55,079 nt of DNA from positions 1-55,079 of the forward strand of contig JAANOX010000072.1 of assembly GCA_020184695.1 (NCBI GenBank), in the 5' to 3' direction. This document shows, piece after piece, positions 9,587-22,600 of this stretch (its first letter is position 1; each line of letters begins with the position of its first letter). A program made the translations under genes and the position numbers. The notes below the pieces were generated by a model. It had not been told where the DNA came from. It made no database searches and was given only the letters and a program-made list of their open reading frames with translations. Origin of the DNA: Histomonas meleagridis 2922-C6/04-290x. Lineage: Eukaryota; Protista; Parabasalia.

Positions 9587-11086
9587 TTATTTAGTTTTTT
9601 TTCCTTGTTTCTTTTGAATTGGCTGAGGATTTAATGTATAAGATATTGGTACTTCATGAGTCTTTAGCATCCACGGATGAGATAGTATTTGTTCTATGGA
9701 GAATCTTTCTGTTGGTGTTGGATTTAAAATTCCTTTTAAAAGGAAAATTACCGTACTTGAAAATGTTTTAGGGTATACAATTTGAGCCTTTTTTACTTTT
9801 TTTATTATTAAACTTCTTGAAGAAGCTACAAAAGGTGAAACTCCTGCAAGCATTTCATATAATATCACACCACAACTCCAAATGTCATTCATAGTACCGT
9901 CAAAAGGATGTTTAAATGATTCAGGAGACATATATAATAAAGGACCGGAAACTTTTGATTTCTTTTCGCCTTTTTTATTCATACAACACATCGAAAAGTC
10001 AGAAAGTTTTAAATGATTTCGATAAAAGAAAATACATTCAGGTGTTATCATACCATGAACTATTCCATGCGAATGCATATGTTGAACTCCATGAACTAAT
10101 TCACGAAAAATTGGTCGTGCTGCTTCTTCAATTAAAAATTTTGATTTATGAAGAATTGTAGATAAATTATTATTCCCACAATCATGATATATAAGATAAT
10201 GAAATAGCTCATCTTCTAAGTATAAATATGTTTTTAAAATATATGGATTATGTAATGTTTTGTTGGCATAAACTTCATTTTGAATTAATCTATCGTTCAT
10301 TTGACTGTTCTGTGAAATTTTTGAGATAATTTTACCAACTAATTTGAGGTCAGCTTTCTCGGGTTTGGTTTGTTTTGCAATAATGAATTTCCCAAAATTT
10401 GAATTTCTAGGAGGACTAATTTCTTCAAATTCAATGGAAAGATCAGAATTTGTATAATTTTTGGGAAAATCATCTGATGCAGCAGCTAAACATTTTTGAC
10501 TAGAATCATTCATGCATTGGATGATTTTGCTGATGTTTTTCTCGTCTGGATTTGGAGGTGTCGTTTTTGTAGTGAAGGAATCAATTTTTTGATAATATTG
10601 AAGGACATTTTCAGGATAATGAGAAAGGTCTTGAAGCGTTTGAGAAAACGATATTGCTAATTCTTCTTCTTTGTCTTTAATTACATTTGATAGTTCTTCA
10701 GAATTTTCAATCATGCTTATAACTTGATCAAAATATAAAAAATAATCATGAAAATATAGTAAAAATGAGTGCGCTAATTTTGGCACATTTGCGACCCATC
10801 CACCAAGAGGCCCTGTTATGTTTTCTATTGTACAATTATCTTGAAGTAATTCAATAAATGCTGTTCTTTCTTTTATAAAATTTTTAACTTGTTCAAAGAG
10901 GTGCAAAACATTTGAGTTAATTTTATGAATCTCTTGGTTTTCTTTTGGATACTGATGAAATAGTGAATAGAAACCATCATAGAAATCCTTAAGTTTTTTA
11001 TTATCTTCAGTTTCCCATTTAAGCAAAGAATTTAAAGCATCTGGCTTTGACTTAACAAGAGGTTCTTTTGTTTCATCTTGTTGCAT
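9587..11086 (-). CDS. CAMK-like pseudokinase with an N-terminal DH/RhoGEF-like helical domain
   Basis: Kinase motifs VGK, HGMITPECIF (HRD absent), DFS, YMSPE, DIWSCGVILYEML. The N-terminus resembles DH conserved regions. Confidence 0.8.
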   Translation of the reverse strand: MQQDETKEPLVKSKPDALNSLLKWETEDNKKLKDFYDGFYSLFHQYPKENQEIHKINSNVLHLFEQVKNFIKERTAFIELLQDNCTIENITGPLGGWVANVPKLAHSFLLYFHDYFLYFDQVISMIENSEELSNVIKDKEEELAISFSQTLQDLSHYPENVLQYYQKIDSFTTKTTPPNPDEKNISKIIQCMNDSSQKCLAAASDDFPKNYTNSDLSIEFEEISPPRNSNFGKFIIAKQTKPEKADLKLVGKIISKISQNSQMNDRLIQNEVYANKTLHNPYILKTYLYLEDELFHYLIYHDCGNNNLSTILHKSKFLIEEAARPIFRELVHGVQHMHSHGIVHGMITPECIFFYRNHLKLSDFSMCCMNKKGEKKSKVSGPLLYMSPESFKHPFDGTMNDIWSCGVILYEMLAGVSPFVASSRSLIIKKVKKAQIVYPKTFSSTVIFLLKGILNPTPTERFSIEQILSHPWMLKTHEVPISYTLNPQPIQKKQGKKTK

Positions 11087-11304
11087 TTAACGTATTTCGA
11101 ATTAGAGGCACCCCATATCTTAACGTTCGAAATTTCCACCTCCCACCTAAGTTTTCTAAAAAAAGGATTTTCGTCTAGAAATTCCAGAGTTATCCTTTGA
11201 TTTCTTACAAGAGAAAAAAGGAATTTCCAAAAAAGTACGATTAGGGAAATTTTATATATAAATAATTTGCAATATACAAATACAATTAATTAAATGTATG
11301 TATT

Positions 11305-11967
11305 CTAAAACACAGGTAAGAACGCATTAAAAACATCATCTTGCCTTTGTTGTGATGGATCAATTGAATTCACTTCTCTCTTTGTCTTGAAAAACATTGG
11401 ATCATAGCATATAGTTTCAATGGATAATGGTGCAGAACATATTGGACATATCCAATTTGGATTTTCTGGGTTTTGCATTATTAAAAATTCCGGTATGTCA
11501 AAACATTGAGAATGTGTACAGTGAATTCCTCTTCCTGGACAAATGATTGGAACGTGAGTAGCTTGATCGATTGTTGAAACCTCGGAGTTGTCATTGATTT
11601 GTGGTGGAAAAGAATGATTAGAAACAATAAAACGAACAATTTCATTAACATCTCTTAACATTCCATTAACAACTATTGATGGATATACATAAGGAGTTCT
11701 TATATCAGAAAATTGTCTATAAATATATGTTGCGTCAGAAGTTGGATTTTGTGGCCTTGGGTTTGCAGGATTTTGTGCACCCCATACACCTGTTGTCATT
11801 GGCAGACTAGACGATGGAATTAGTGGAGAATTTGGAAATCCTGGATTTTGATGAGGATTTTGAAATGATGTAAGATACATAAATGATCTGTTAGCATTGT
11901 TGACATTTGGTGCATCTTTACCATTTCTCATTTGCCGTAGATAATCAAAGCTTGCCTGACTGTTCAT
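11305..11967 (-). CDS. MIZ/SP-RING zinc finger protein (SUMO E3-like)
   Basis: PIICPGRGIHCTHSQCFD...FL...NWICPIC. Confidence 0.85.
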   Translation of the reverse strand: MNSQASFDYLRQMRNGKDAPNVNNANRSFMYLTSFQNPHQNPGFPNSPLIPSSSLPMTTGVWGAQNPANPRPQNPTSDATYIYRQFSDIRTPYVYPSIVVNGMLRDVNEIVRFIVSNHSFPPQINDNSEVSTIDQATHVPIICPGRGIHCTHSQCFDIPEFLIMQNPENPNWICPICSAPLSIETICYDPMFFKTKREVNSIDPSQQRQDDVFNAFLPVF

Positions 11968-12381
11968 CCAATCAGAATTTCTTATCGTTATAAGTCAATA
12001 TCCATGCAAACCATTTTCAACCGTTCTATCCATTATCGGCCTACTGTAAGTACTTCAAAATTTCATAGCTAAAATTTTGGGATTGAAAAACCGCTAACCA
12101 TCACTTTTCCCCACAAAAAATAATAGAGCGAAAACGGTCGCTAGCTCAATAAATTCTATCGTTTAAATTTATTTTTGAATGCATTCCCGAGGGTTTTTTA
12201 GCTGTTCATTTGCCGCGGAGAAAACCGTTTCCGAGTAAAACATTTCACATCAAATGTCATTTACAACACTTTTTAAATCATTATACAGAAATTTTTGTAT
12301 TCAAAAACTGTTACTTTTCATATAAAAAAATATCGTTTTATAGAATTTTTTTTACAATTAGATTTGTGTGAAAGCAATTTT

Positions 12382-14028
12382 TCAAGCTTGTTGTTGCTGC
12401 TGTGCATCGTCAGCAACAATTCCTTGTAATTTTTCTTGACTATATTTATCTGTCAATGAATTACAAAACGTATCAAACAATTGTGTTGGGAAGAACAATG
12501 AATAAAATTCTTGATCTTCTTCAGGCACTGTTGAATTTAACAGTTCCATATTCAACACAGTCACAGGCTTATAGTAATCACCTGTATATGTTGTATTATC
12601 TGTAACAAAACAACATTTTACAAGATCGTCTAATACAGGCGGAAAGAAATTCTTAAACAATCTTATAATATCATCAACAATGAACGTAGTGAACACGTAT
12701 TTCATTGATATATTTTTTGTATAAATCGAAGGGAATACATAAACGCTCATATTATCAATAAACGATTGATATTCCGGATTCTTTTTCTTTGTCAACAATC
12801 CAAGAAGAGGCCTAATATGCTTCTTAGGTACGAGGATTGATTTAGAATACTTAGAAAGAATTTCCTCAAGACTCGAAATAAGTTCTTTGTATTTGGGGAA
12901 CATGGGAAATTCACTCGGCAATTGAATGGTGCCTTTGTCAAGGTTAACTATGACATCAGGCGTTGCGCTTGTTTTAAATGCGCCGATTATGTATGGAACT
13001 GGCGTTTCAAGTATTTGATCTAATGATTCATTATCTGGAAAAACAGGAATTAAAAGCGCCTGTGTTTGGAATGGATCAAGAAGTTGTGTTATGGCTATAA
13101 CAGAAAGTGATAATTTATGGACATCATTGGATACTATTAAAATATGTTGTTCAAGTAAAATAGCATTATATAATTGAACAATTATAGTGGGAGAAAGACA
13201 TGAAAATAAGGCATGTAATGTGGGATACGCAAGTGGATTAATATCTTTGTGAAGTGGAAGACATAAATCAATTTCGTCTGCGAGATGAATAGGTCTTTGA
13301 TAGACATTTGTTTGATGTGTCGGTAATTTATAATAAAAAATAAGCTCCTCACTAAGAATAGGAGGTGACTCTATTCCTTCAATTACTGCAATGGTTTGAT
13401 TGGAATTGATTTTGAGACCATCTAAACAATCGCCTTGAATCTCAAATGGAGGCTTGGATTCAACCCCTTTAAGATGCGTAGACTCAACTCGACCACAAAT
13501 AACAAGTGCAAGATAGGATAAAAATTGGAAATGTGAAGATAAAAATGGAGTAGACGCAAGAAAACAAAAACAAAAAGGATATGAACGATTATCTTGAGTA
13601 CAAAAAAATGCAGATGTGTTAGGATCATCAAGGTAAACATGTACACAAATTCCATATGTACGTTCAGAATTATTATTTGTTAAATAGAAGACAAATTCAC
13701 TTTGTAATATGCTTTTGTTTTTAGGATTTCTTTGCGCTTCATTAAAACCTTTTGGATAACAAAATTCTTTGAGTTTGCGAAGTTCTTCATTTGATCTATT
13801 AAAACCTGTTGGTGGAAAAAAAGCTAAAAAATTTGGCTCTTCACAAGGCCCATGAAAAGGGTGAGCCCCTAAGATGAAAAATTGATCAAATTGTGTATTA
13901 TTTTTTGTTTTTTCAACGAGCATTGTGGGAATTTCCGTAGACATTCTTTTTATCTTTATTGAGTGATGAAGTTTTTTATCATTTGTTGTATTATATCTCC
14001 TATAGCGTGGGGAAACGCGCTGGCTCAT
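12382..14028 (-). CDS. DENN-domain protein (Rab GEF family)
   Basis: FDQFFILG, FCYPKG, YGICV, CFCFLASTPF, LYNAILLEQHILIVS, TPVPYIIG, VIVNLD, TQLFDTF. Confidence 0.9.
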   Translation of the reverse strand: MSQRVSPRYRRYNTTNDKKLHHSIKIKRMSTEIPTMLVEKTKNNTQFDQFFILGAHPFHGPCEEPNFLAFFPPTGFNRSNEELRKLKEFCYPKGFNEAQRNPKNKSILQSEFVFYLTNNNSERTYGICVHVYLDDPNTSAFFCTQDNRSYPFCFCFLASTPFLSSHFQFLSYLALVICGRVESTHLKGVESKPPFEIQGDCLDGLKINSNQTIAVIEGIESPPILSEELIFYYKLPTHQTNVYQRPIHLADEIDLCLPLHKDINPLAYPTLHALFSCLSPTIIVQLYNAILLEQHILIVSNDVHKLSLSVIAITQLLDPFQTQALLIPVFPDNESLDQILETPVPYIIGAFKTSATPDVIVNLDKGTIQLPSEFPMFPKYKELISSLEEILSKYSKSILVPKKHIRPLLGLLTKKKNPEYQSFIDNMSVYVFPSIYTKNISMKYVFTTFIVDDIIRLFKNFFPPVLDDLVKCCFVTDNTTYTGDYYKPVTVLNMELLNSTVPEEDQEFYSLFFPTQLFDTFCNSLTDKYSQEKLQGIVADDAQQQQQA

Positions 14029-14370
14029 ATTTTTGATAGCTTTATAAAGTCAGACGATTAAAATTGATTCATTGCATATTGACGATAAGAAACTTACACT
14101 CAAAAGTCAAAATGAATTTGATTACTCTTAATTCAAATATATATAACGTTAAAATAATGCTATTTTCTTCATTTTGAGTAATTTTGACAAAATTTATTTT
14201 CTTATTTTCAAAATGTATGATTTTCTCATGCACAAATAAATCAAAGCAAAAACCATTCAGAGTTCGTAAATAAAATTTCAAATATTTTACAAATCATTTT
14301 TAATTTGATTTTAAAATTCACAAAAAAATCATATGATATATCATGTTGGTCTTTACTTTATGATTTATTC

Positions 14371-15438
14371 TTAAAGATCCGCAAAAATATCATCAATTTC
14401 GTCATCTTGTTGGATCGAAAATACAACATTTTGCCTTGGCTTAGTGACAGGCTTAGGCTTGTTTTGCTTTGGTATTGCTTCAATTGTGCTGCTCTTAATA
14501 ATTCTTTGTATTGTTTCGTCTTTTGTTGTTGGCTTAGTGATCTGTTGTTGAACAGGAACTTTTCCGACGGGATACTTTTCTCCCTTAAAGAATGGATGCT
14601 GAAGAGCAGCAGCAGCACTTGGCCTCTTTGCTGGGTCAAGGCTGAGAAGTTCTTTTAGAAGATCTAATGCTTCCGGAGATGCATTTGGAATCACTGTTGA
14701 AAGTGGCATGGGTTGTTGTTGTGGAAATCTTATTCCCATTTTGTTGGCTAACCTGACACCATCCGGCCAGTTTCCTGGTCCTGGGGTACCCATTATTGAA
14801 CAGATTTTATAGATCTGATCTGTTTCAGAGGTACCTTGGAAGAGTGGCTTAAGGGTAAATAACTCTGCCATAATACATCCGGCTGCCCAAATATCGACAG
14901 GAGAGTTATAGAATTCATGATGAAGTACTATTTCAGGTGCACGATACCAACGAGTTGATACATATTCTGTGTATGGTGGCCTACTTCTTATCTCTCGGGC
15001 AAGTCCAAAATCTGCAATTTTTAAAGTATCACCGCTCCACATAATATTTTCTGGTTTGATATCACGATGGAAAAATCCTTCTTTGTGTATATAAGCAATA
15101 CCAGAGAGCATCTGAAAAACAATGTAACGAATTTCAGACTCAGCAAATGGACCTTTGTGGTCTTGAATTGTTTTAAGTAATGAACCATCTGGAAGTAGTT
15201 CAAAAACAAGATATAAATGATCATTCTCTCGAAAAACTTCAAGAAGGCGAACTACATTTTCGTGTTTAATTTTACGAAGACTTTTAACTTCTTTTAATTG
15301 AAGGCATTCATCAAAAGATGCAATCCTCTGCTTCATTTTTTTAATAGCAACAAAGCTTCCAGTTTTCTTGTCGTAGCATTTTGTCACAATACCAAATGCT
15401 CCATCACCTATAACTTTTATTTCATCATATCTTTTCAT
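14371..15438 (-). CDS. CMGC kinase, MAK/ICK (RCK) family
   Basis: GDGAFG, VAIKKMK, FHRDIKPEN, DFGLAREIRSRPPYTEYVSTRWYRAPE. Confidence 0.95.
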   Translation of the reverse strand: MKRYDEIKVIGDGAFGIVTKCYDKKTGSFVAIKKMKQRIASFDECLQLKEVKSLRKIKHENVVRLLEVFRENDHLYLVFELLPDGSLLKTIQDHKGPFAESEIRYIVFQMLSGIAYIHKEGFFHRDIKPENIMWSGDTLKIADFGLAREIRSRPPYTEYVSTRWYRAPEIVLHHEFYNSPVDIWAAGCIMAELFTLKPLFQGTSETDQIYKICSIMGTPGPGNWPDGVRLANKMGIRFPQQQPMPLSTVIPNASPEALDLLKELLSLDPAKRPSAAAALQHPFFKGEKYPVGKVPVQQQITKPTTKDETIQRIIKSSTIEAIPKQNKPKPVTKPRQNVVFSIQQDDEIDDIFADL

Positions 15439-16024
15439 TTCGATGAAGTGCTTAAACGTGCATTATCATACACAAAAAGTGAAATTCTGAAGAAATGATC
15501 AAATTAAATTGGGACCGGTCAAACAACATTTAAAAAGTTGACAACAAAACGATAAGAAATGCCAACGTCACATAAAGGATTGATTAATATTATTTAATTT
15601 AAATGATGAGTGCCAATAATTTCCAAATTATATTTTAAAAAAATAAATTATAAAAAAGTATATTATGTAATTGTCTCAATTAAATTTATGATCAATCAAA
15701 ACAAAATATTTTTTAACAAAAATTTTTTTTTACAAATAATAGGCTTGATGAGGAAAAAAATTCTAATTTTTCATGTTAATAATTTTATTGATCCATATGC
15801 AATGATGCTATCATTTTTCGATGTTATTTGGCCGCCGCTACTCAAACGATCAATAAACCGCATTTTCACGCCACCTCTTTTAACGTTCATTATCAACTTT
15901 TAGAGTGACTTTTCACGGTTTTGTTACAACACAGCACATATCTAGATAAAAGTCACTTTTTCAATGTTAAATTCTTTTCTCAATCAGGCGGTTTTTTGGC
16001 AATTTGACACATAAAGCTCAAATT

Positions 16025-16222
16025 ATGTTGTTCGTCTTTCTTGCTTTTCTCATCACGAATAAACTTGTAGGCCCTTCCCAAGAAGTTATTGTCCGTGACA
16101 CTGTTACGCGCTATGTTACTTTAAACGATGAAGAAGAAGATACAGATAACGAAATTCTTGAAATCCTCTCACTTTATAATGCAAGACCCAGGAAACACAA
16201 CCAGCGTCCCAAGGTTGAGTAA
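16025..16222 (+). CDS. Small (65 aa) protein with a signal-peptide-like N-terminus
   Basis: ATG at 16025 gives MLFVFLAFLITNK...DEEEDTD...RPKVE. GC-richer than its flanks; TCACTTT Inr-like motifs upstream; T-rich tract after the stop. Confidence 0.55.
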   Translation: MLFVFLAFLITNKLVGPSQEVIVRDTVTRYVTLNDEEEDTDNEILEILSLYNARPRKHNQRPKVE

Positions 16223-16601
16223 AGAAGCTTGCTAGGAATATTTTTTTTATTTTTTTCCAATTTATTCTTTCGTAATCCAAAAAACGAAATGATTTGTATG
16301 TTTTTAAACGAAAACTATTACTTATTGAAATCAATAATTAACATTTACCATTCGAATTCCTAATCGAAAATTAATTTTATCATAATAAATTTCAATTTTT
16401 TTTTTTTTTTCGTTTAAAATGTATTAACAAATCGAATGTTATTTCCACATTTGATTGCACTGTTTAACAGCGGAGAAAATGTTTTTAATGTTGAAAAAGA
16501 TTTTAAAAAATTTAAAAATTCACACAAATTTCACATAAACCGCCGCACATTGAATGTTTAAATTATTTTTCTTTGGTCGATCGATTTTTTATTGAATTTA
16601 A

Positions 16602-19600
16602 TTAGTTAAATATGACACTGCTTAAGTAATCGAATTGTTCATTATTTAATTGCACCATTTCCATTCCCTTATTATAAAATGGCAACAAAATAGGCTCCAG
16701 TTGGTATTTCTCAGACACGTACATTGAAGCTCTTACAACCTTAAATAAGAATTTTGGATCAGATACATTTAAAGTATTTTGTGACAATCTTCCCGAGTTG
16801 AATATCCTAAACGATTGGAATCCTTCTGGGTCTTCATCTATTCTTCTTATTAAGTATTGTATCAATTGTTCGGTATGAGTTTCTCTAAGTATTAAGAACA
16901 ATGCAGCATTAACACTTGCGTTTTTCGGACCAAAATCATATATTGAGTCATCATTTAAATATTTATCAGTTATCAAAAGTTTAAATACTTTTGCAATTGG
17001 GTTATTAATATTTGAATCTTCTAAAGCTTTTGCTAAGTTAATAATATTTTTATTACAATGTGTTGCACAAATAATTAATGCGCTATAAATCAAATCTTCA
17101 TTAAAAGGTAATGAAGTACATTCGCTTAAATAATCCAAAGCTTCTTTTGGTAATGAATTTGTTATATTATTAACGTCATCATATTTACTATAATTAATTA
17201 ATGATGAAGCTATTAATTGTACAGCTGTTGGAGTTAAGAATGTTAATGATAATACAACACCGAATATAAATAATTTCGATGTATATTCTTTAGGAATATT
17301 AATTAATGATAATGCAATACAAATAGCATTAGTTAAAAATGGATCATTAGCATTAGACATTGAAGTTAATTGTGTAATGAACTTATTCACTTTATTATCA
17401 TTGAGAAATGCTGCTGAAAAGATAATACTTTGTGCTCGTTGTGTAATATTTTCACATTGTAAATCATTATAAAACATTTCAAACGTTTTCTCATGTAATT
17501 CTTTCTTATCTAATGTACTTAATTCTTGCCCTAATACATTTGCTATGATTTGTGTACTTTCTATCCATTTCGTTTGTAATAAGTTATCTTTGTTTTGATC
17601 TAATACACATGAAAACTTTTTAGTTAATTTAACATAATCAACTGATACTTTCGAAATTCCAGATTTACATATGATTAAATGAATTGTATTTGTATAAGCT
17701 AATGCACATTTTGTTAATATAGTATTAGAATAATGAATTCGAGCTTGAGCTAAATTATATATTAAATAAGGAATAAATTCCATGTCGAATAAATGATGTG
17801 ATAATAATACAGTTAATATCTTACAAATAAATAATAAATCATTTTCATCATATTTCTTAAATGCTTCTTCAAAAATAATTTTGCTCCAAAATTCACTAAC
17901 AATACTTGAATTTAATGATGCAAAACCTGTAATAATACCAATTAAACTTGCTTTTCGGATCTTATATATCTTCCACATATAAATTTCTGTCGCATGTTTA
18001 TTAGCTATAATTCCGGGCCATATTGATTTAGTAAAAGCAAATGAATCATTCGATAATTCTAAAAATGTATCAATGATTTTGTCAGTAAAATTAGGATATT
18101 TATCAATAGATTTAGCATATAATGGGATCCAAGAACTTAAATATATAAATGTCTTCGATTTAAGTTTATCAATATATTGTAAAGCTTTAAAATATTCATT
18201 CATAAAATCATTAAATTGATCCGGATTATTTAATGCTAAATCTTCACTTAATGATTGTGCATAACTTACTAAATTCGATGGTAATGCATTTAATGATACT
18301 TTAGATACATTTAATTTACGATTAAATTGAAATGAATTATATGTAACATATAATAAATCAACTGCTGATCTTAAAACAATAGGTTTAACATTATCATTCA
18401 TTAAATTAATAAATGCTAAGTTTAACATTAACCATTGTAATGTAGAAGTATCAATTTTAACCATTGATGAATTATTTAAGTTATTTAATGTCATATCTCG
18501 TTTATATAATTGTCCAATATTATCTAATAATGTAGAAGTCTTATTGACAGTAATCAAATATACCATATCAGAAGTAGATAATGTAAAATCAATGTTTTCT
18601 GGTGAAGTAGGAATAGGTTTAGAATAACTTTGTATTTCTTTAGCTAATATTACTCGTAATGGTAATAATTTAAATTGTTTAATAGTAACTTCTTCATTTT
18701 CAATTTGGATAGAATGTTGATGAATTCGAACATGACCATTCTGTCCATTAATAATAGCTTTATGTACTGAATCTGGTCGTGTTAAACTTTCTAAAGCTTT
18801 AGATGATAATATTTTTGATGGTGCACCTAATATATCAGTATAATCCGATAATTGTTTAACAAAGATAAATCGATTATTTTGATCATTAGCTAATACTTGT
18901 GGTGTATTTGATAACCAATTAATAAATGATGTCGAAGTTTGGATACAAATATGATGTTTAACTTTCTTCATTGGATTCATTTTCGCAAATATTGATATTT
19001 CATTTGGTGTAGGAATTTTACTTTCATCAAAATCATTTAAAATATTAACCATTATAATAGAATTATTTGGATCATCATGAATAGTTTTAATATAAATATA
19101 TGGTACTATTCGAATATCTTTAATATTCTTTAGTTTCTCAAAATATACATAATATATAGATGATCCATCTGGTGCATTATTTTTATCATGGATTATAAAA
19201 TCATGAATTTCTTGTATTTGATCTTCTGTGAATTCCATTGTTAATAATTGTTCTAATTGTTTTTGCCCTTGATTAGAACCTGATGCACTACTTTCTTCTT
19301 CTAAAATTGTTTGTTTCTTATTTTGTTTCTTATTAGTAGGTTCACCCATTGAATGAATTTTAGCTATTAAACTTTCTGTTTGAACTCGTACTGGATTATC
19401 TTCTTCCATTTCAGTAATACCATTCGTTAATTGTGGTAATACAGAATATAATTCTGCATGTAATACATTAATTTCTGTTTCTTCATTTAATGTCTTTAAA
19501 ACTTCATCTTCTTTAGGTTGTTCATTAACTTCTGTTTCAACAATTTGTAAAAACATTTCTCGGAATGAATCATTAGCATATTGAGCTACATCATTAAAAG

Positions 19601-22600
19601 GTATATAAAATTGTCCTTTCTCATTTAATCTACCACGTAATGTAGCAGCCATTAATACTGTAGATATAGATAATAAAGCTGCTCTAGGTATAGCTGGTAA
19701 CATTTCTGGTAAGCCAACTAATTTAGGTACATTAAATGCAGGTAATAAAAATCGTAAGAATAAGAAACCACTTAAGATTTGTATAGCAAAATCTCCATAT
19801 TTTTCACTAACTTTCTTATATATTAATTTAGATTCTATTACTAAACTTGGTGGCATCTTTTCTCGTGCTGCTAAAATTACTTGAATAAATTCATTCAATA
19901 AATTCCTAAAGTTTTCTTGATTTTGTTCTAAATTCCCATCACCAATTTTCGCTGGATTAACTTCATATCGAATACCTTTATCACAATTAGTAATAACTTT
20001 CTCAAATACTGGACGTAATGTTTGTGTCATCCATTGTGTACCTACAAGTCTTGGAAAATGTCCTACTGCTCTAGCTGGTACTGCATTACCTCTAAATAAT
20101 GTATTTTTTGATGCTTCATCACAAGTTTCTACTTCAACAGATATCATCTTTTCTAAATATTCATATTCAATACCTCTTAACATTGCTGATTCTACCATAG
20201 CTGCACCAAATGCTTCAGCTCTAGAATAAGGAATACAACTACAAACATATTCAACAAAACTCCAATCACCAGTAAATATTGTATCGATTAAAGTATCCGA
20301 AGTTTTTTCATTTTCAACTACTTTAACATCAGGAACTTTAAATACTGCTGCTAAAGCTGCAATAAATACAGCTCGAACATTATCATTTTCTGCAAATCCC
20401 ATTGATATACAATGTTCAATACCTATTGATAAGTTTTGTTTTAATAATGATGCTAATACAGGTATCATATCTGATTCATCTGTTTCAGTAGAATCTAATC
20501 GATTCTTAATTGAAGCAAAATATAACATAAATTGTTCAGTAGCTTGTTCTTCTGGTGTATTAGGATCATTAGGATCAATACAATCAAGTAAGTTTAAGTC
20601 ATCTAATAATAATGATAAAGCTTGATGAATCTTAGATATATATTGTTTTGATAAGTTTTCAGTATCTTTAGTTGTAGGAATCCAACCTAATAATGTTTTA
20701 CCTGTTTGATGTCGAATTACACTTTGGATCTTCTTTTTATGTGTATTTAATAATGTTATCATTGATATTAAACATTGTACACATGAAAGTCGTAAAGTTT
20801 CTCCTGGAATTAAATCACAATATGATACTATTGTTGACATTATATTACTAAAATGTTCTTCATTAATATTATTTGGTTTCCATTGTTTTTGATCTGTTAA
20901 ACCTCGAAGCATTTTCATTAAATTTGCAATGAAATTCATATTCTTAGAATTAACTTCAAAATAATTATTTTCATCATGTAATAAACTTAACCATTCATTA
21001 GCATTTTGAATAATGAAATTAAAATGTTTAATGTTAATAGCTGTTGGTATAGCTGAAACTACACAAGCACCTAAATCGCCATCATCATTTAATAAGATAC
21101 GAATTTGTGAGATAATATCTTGGATTTCATTAAATGTAATTGATAACATTATAGATGTCGTTCCAACCCATTCTTCTTGTAAATCATAATCTTTCGGTTG
21201 TAATACATTCTCTGGTTGTTTAATTAATTCAATGTTTGGATTAATAGCTTTAGTTAATGCTAAGAAATATGGGAATAATGTCTCAAATGATTTACTAATA
21301 CCTTTTGTAGCTTTAGGTATTTCACGTAATCCATTTTTAATTGAGTTATGTGCTGTAGTTAAAATTGGTGTTCGACGTGCTTCAAATAATAACTTTTGAT
21401 ATGAATCAATTGGGAAATCAATTGATTCTATATTATGAACTATTTCTAAAATTGATGATATAATTGATACACCATAAAGTCGTAATTCTTTTTGTGAACT
21501 TGCTAAAAACATTATAGCACTAGATTCTAAATATGAAATTATATCTGGTTCAATATTATTATTATTAGATTGGAAATATAAATGTAAAAATTCGGCAATT
21601 TGTAATATGACATTTGGTATTGAATCAGCAAATGTATTTGTCTTATATAATGTAATCTTTTGATATGTTTCTGTTAAGAATTGTAATAACTTTGTAATGA
21701 TTTCAATGTTACCACTAAAATCTGCAATTTCGATATCTTTAGGATCAAATAAATTTAATAATGCATATTGTGGTGTTAATGATTCATCTGCTTTAATACG
21801 ATTAATTATTAAATCAATGTTCTCCGGTTGTTTCGCTAATACCATTCTAAAGAAATAAGGCGAATATTGAAATCCACTCATTATATGAACAATACATTGT
21901 GCTGCTGTTTGATTCTTTTCTGCTCGTTTAAAGATACTCATCACTGGGTCAATTAATGCATCTAAGAAATCTAAATTAGAGATCTTAGATTGCGATTGTT
22001 TACAAACACGTCGAACAAGTTTAGCAAAGTATTGCCAATAATCAGGTTTCTTTTCATTAGATATGATTGGAAGTATTTTAGAATTAAAGTCATCTGTATG
22101 TAACATTAAAACACAGATCGGAAAATCAACATATGCCATCTTTAATTGGTCAGGATTCTTAAAGTCACGCTTACTTCCTAAATAATATTGTAGAAATGAC
22201 GGATAGAAATGTGACATGAAATCGGCTAAGATTGGATGACAATTAGAAAGTGCTAATGCACGAAAGGCTGAATATAAACTTGCGACTGCCGCATCTTTCT
22301 TGGCACTCTTAAGCTTGGCAACACGTGTAAGACGGCCATGGAATGACTTTTGATCATCATAATTAAATGATGATAATTTACTTGGATCTAACATTTCAAG
22401 GATAATTTGGATAGGCCAGACAAAAGAAAAGTGTTTGTCGCCCCATGGGGTAATAATATTGACAATATTTCGGGCACTTTCAATATATGATTTTTCATCT
22501 AAAAAGCTAATAAACGAATCAACATCTTGCTTAAGTGACATTAAAACTGTGGATAACATCATTTCACAGAATGGTTCCATACATTGCTTGGGAGTATCTG

